Of a DNA stretch of 64,000 nt, positions 63,792 through 64,000 are shown piece by piece (position 1 is the stretch's first letter; every line of letters begins with the position of its first letter). The position numbers were made by a program, and so were the translations under genes. This DNA comes from Camelus ferus (Eukaryota). Below the pieces are notes generated by a model. The model had not been told where the DNA came from. It did not search any database and saw only the letters and a list, made by a program, of their open reading frames with translations. Location of the stretch: positions 81,532,001 through 81,596,000 of the forward strand of contig NC_045697.1 in assembly GCF_009834535.1 (NCBI RefSeq), given 5' to 3'.

Positions 63792-64000
63792 GTAATAACA
63801 TGAATTGTGTCAGTCACAGATAATATTTTTTTCCAAAATAAAAATGTATCTGCTGAGCATATATTACAAAAATAAATAAAGCCATTTTAGCACAACTGAT
63901 TTCCATATCTGAGCTGAAAAACAAATAGTCTACTGATGTGTAATAAAAATAAATACACTAATGCAGAAATGACAGATGTTATCAAGAATAAAAGACCTGT

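Noticed and set aside
1..64000. Prokaryotic-type systems (operons, CRISPR arrays, defence islands), rRNA or numt
   Set aside because: The sequence is mammalian nuclear DNA with no long ORFs, no repeat-spacer array and no recognisable rRNA or mitochondrial gene.

Overview
AT-rich, CpG-poor eutherian mammal genomic DNA, either intergenic or inside a very large intron. I recognise no intact protein-coding gene, RNA gene or CpG island. The short ORFs in the track are chance ORFs or transposon remnants. tRNA-derived SINEs of the Vic-1 type, with no Alu, Bov-tA/Bov-A2 or PRE elements seen, point to a camelid (inference). The window is mostly a layered fossil record of mobile DNA: many MaLR (MLT1) and ERV solo LTRs, MIR/L2 fragments, MER20 and Zaphod/MER91-type hAT fragments, and L1 pieces of several ages. 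Notable structures are two ancient ERV-L-class proviruses that keep internal sequence (LTR40-like, 21461-25548, protease remnant; LTR16/LTR33-like, ~34190-37362, RNase H remnant), an L1 whose 5'UTR is fused directly to the RT core, two 47-bp retro-insertions with perfect target-site duplications (TSDs), and two short L1 3' copies sharing one 5' breakpoint. A few unexplained stop-poor or exon-like minus-strand stretches are flagged at low confidence. Repeat names come from remembered consensus motifs, not a search, and most boundaries are approximate. I found no convincing novel biological system.
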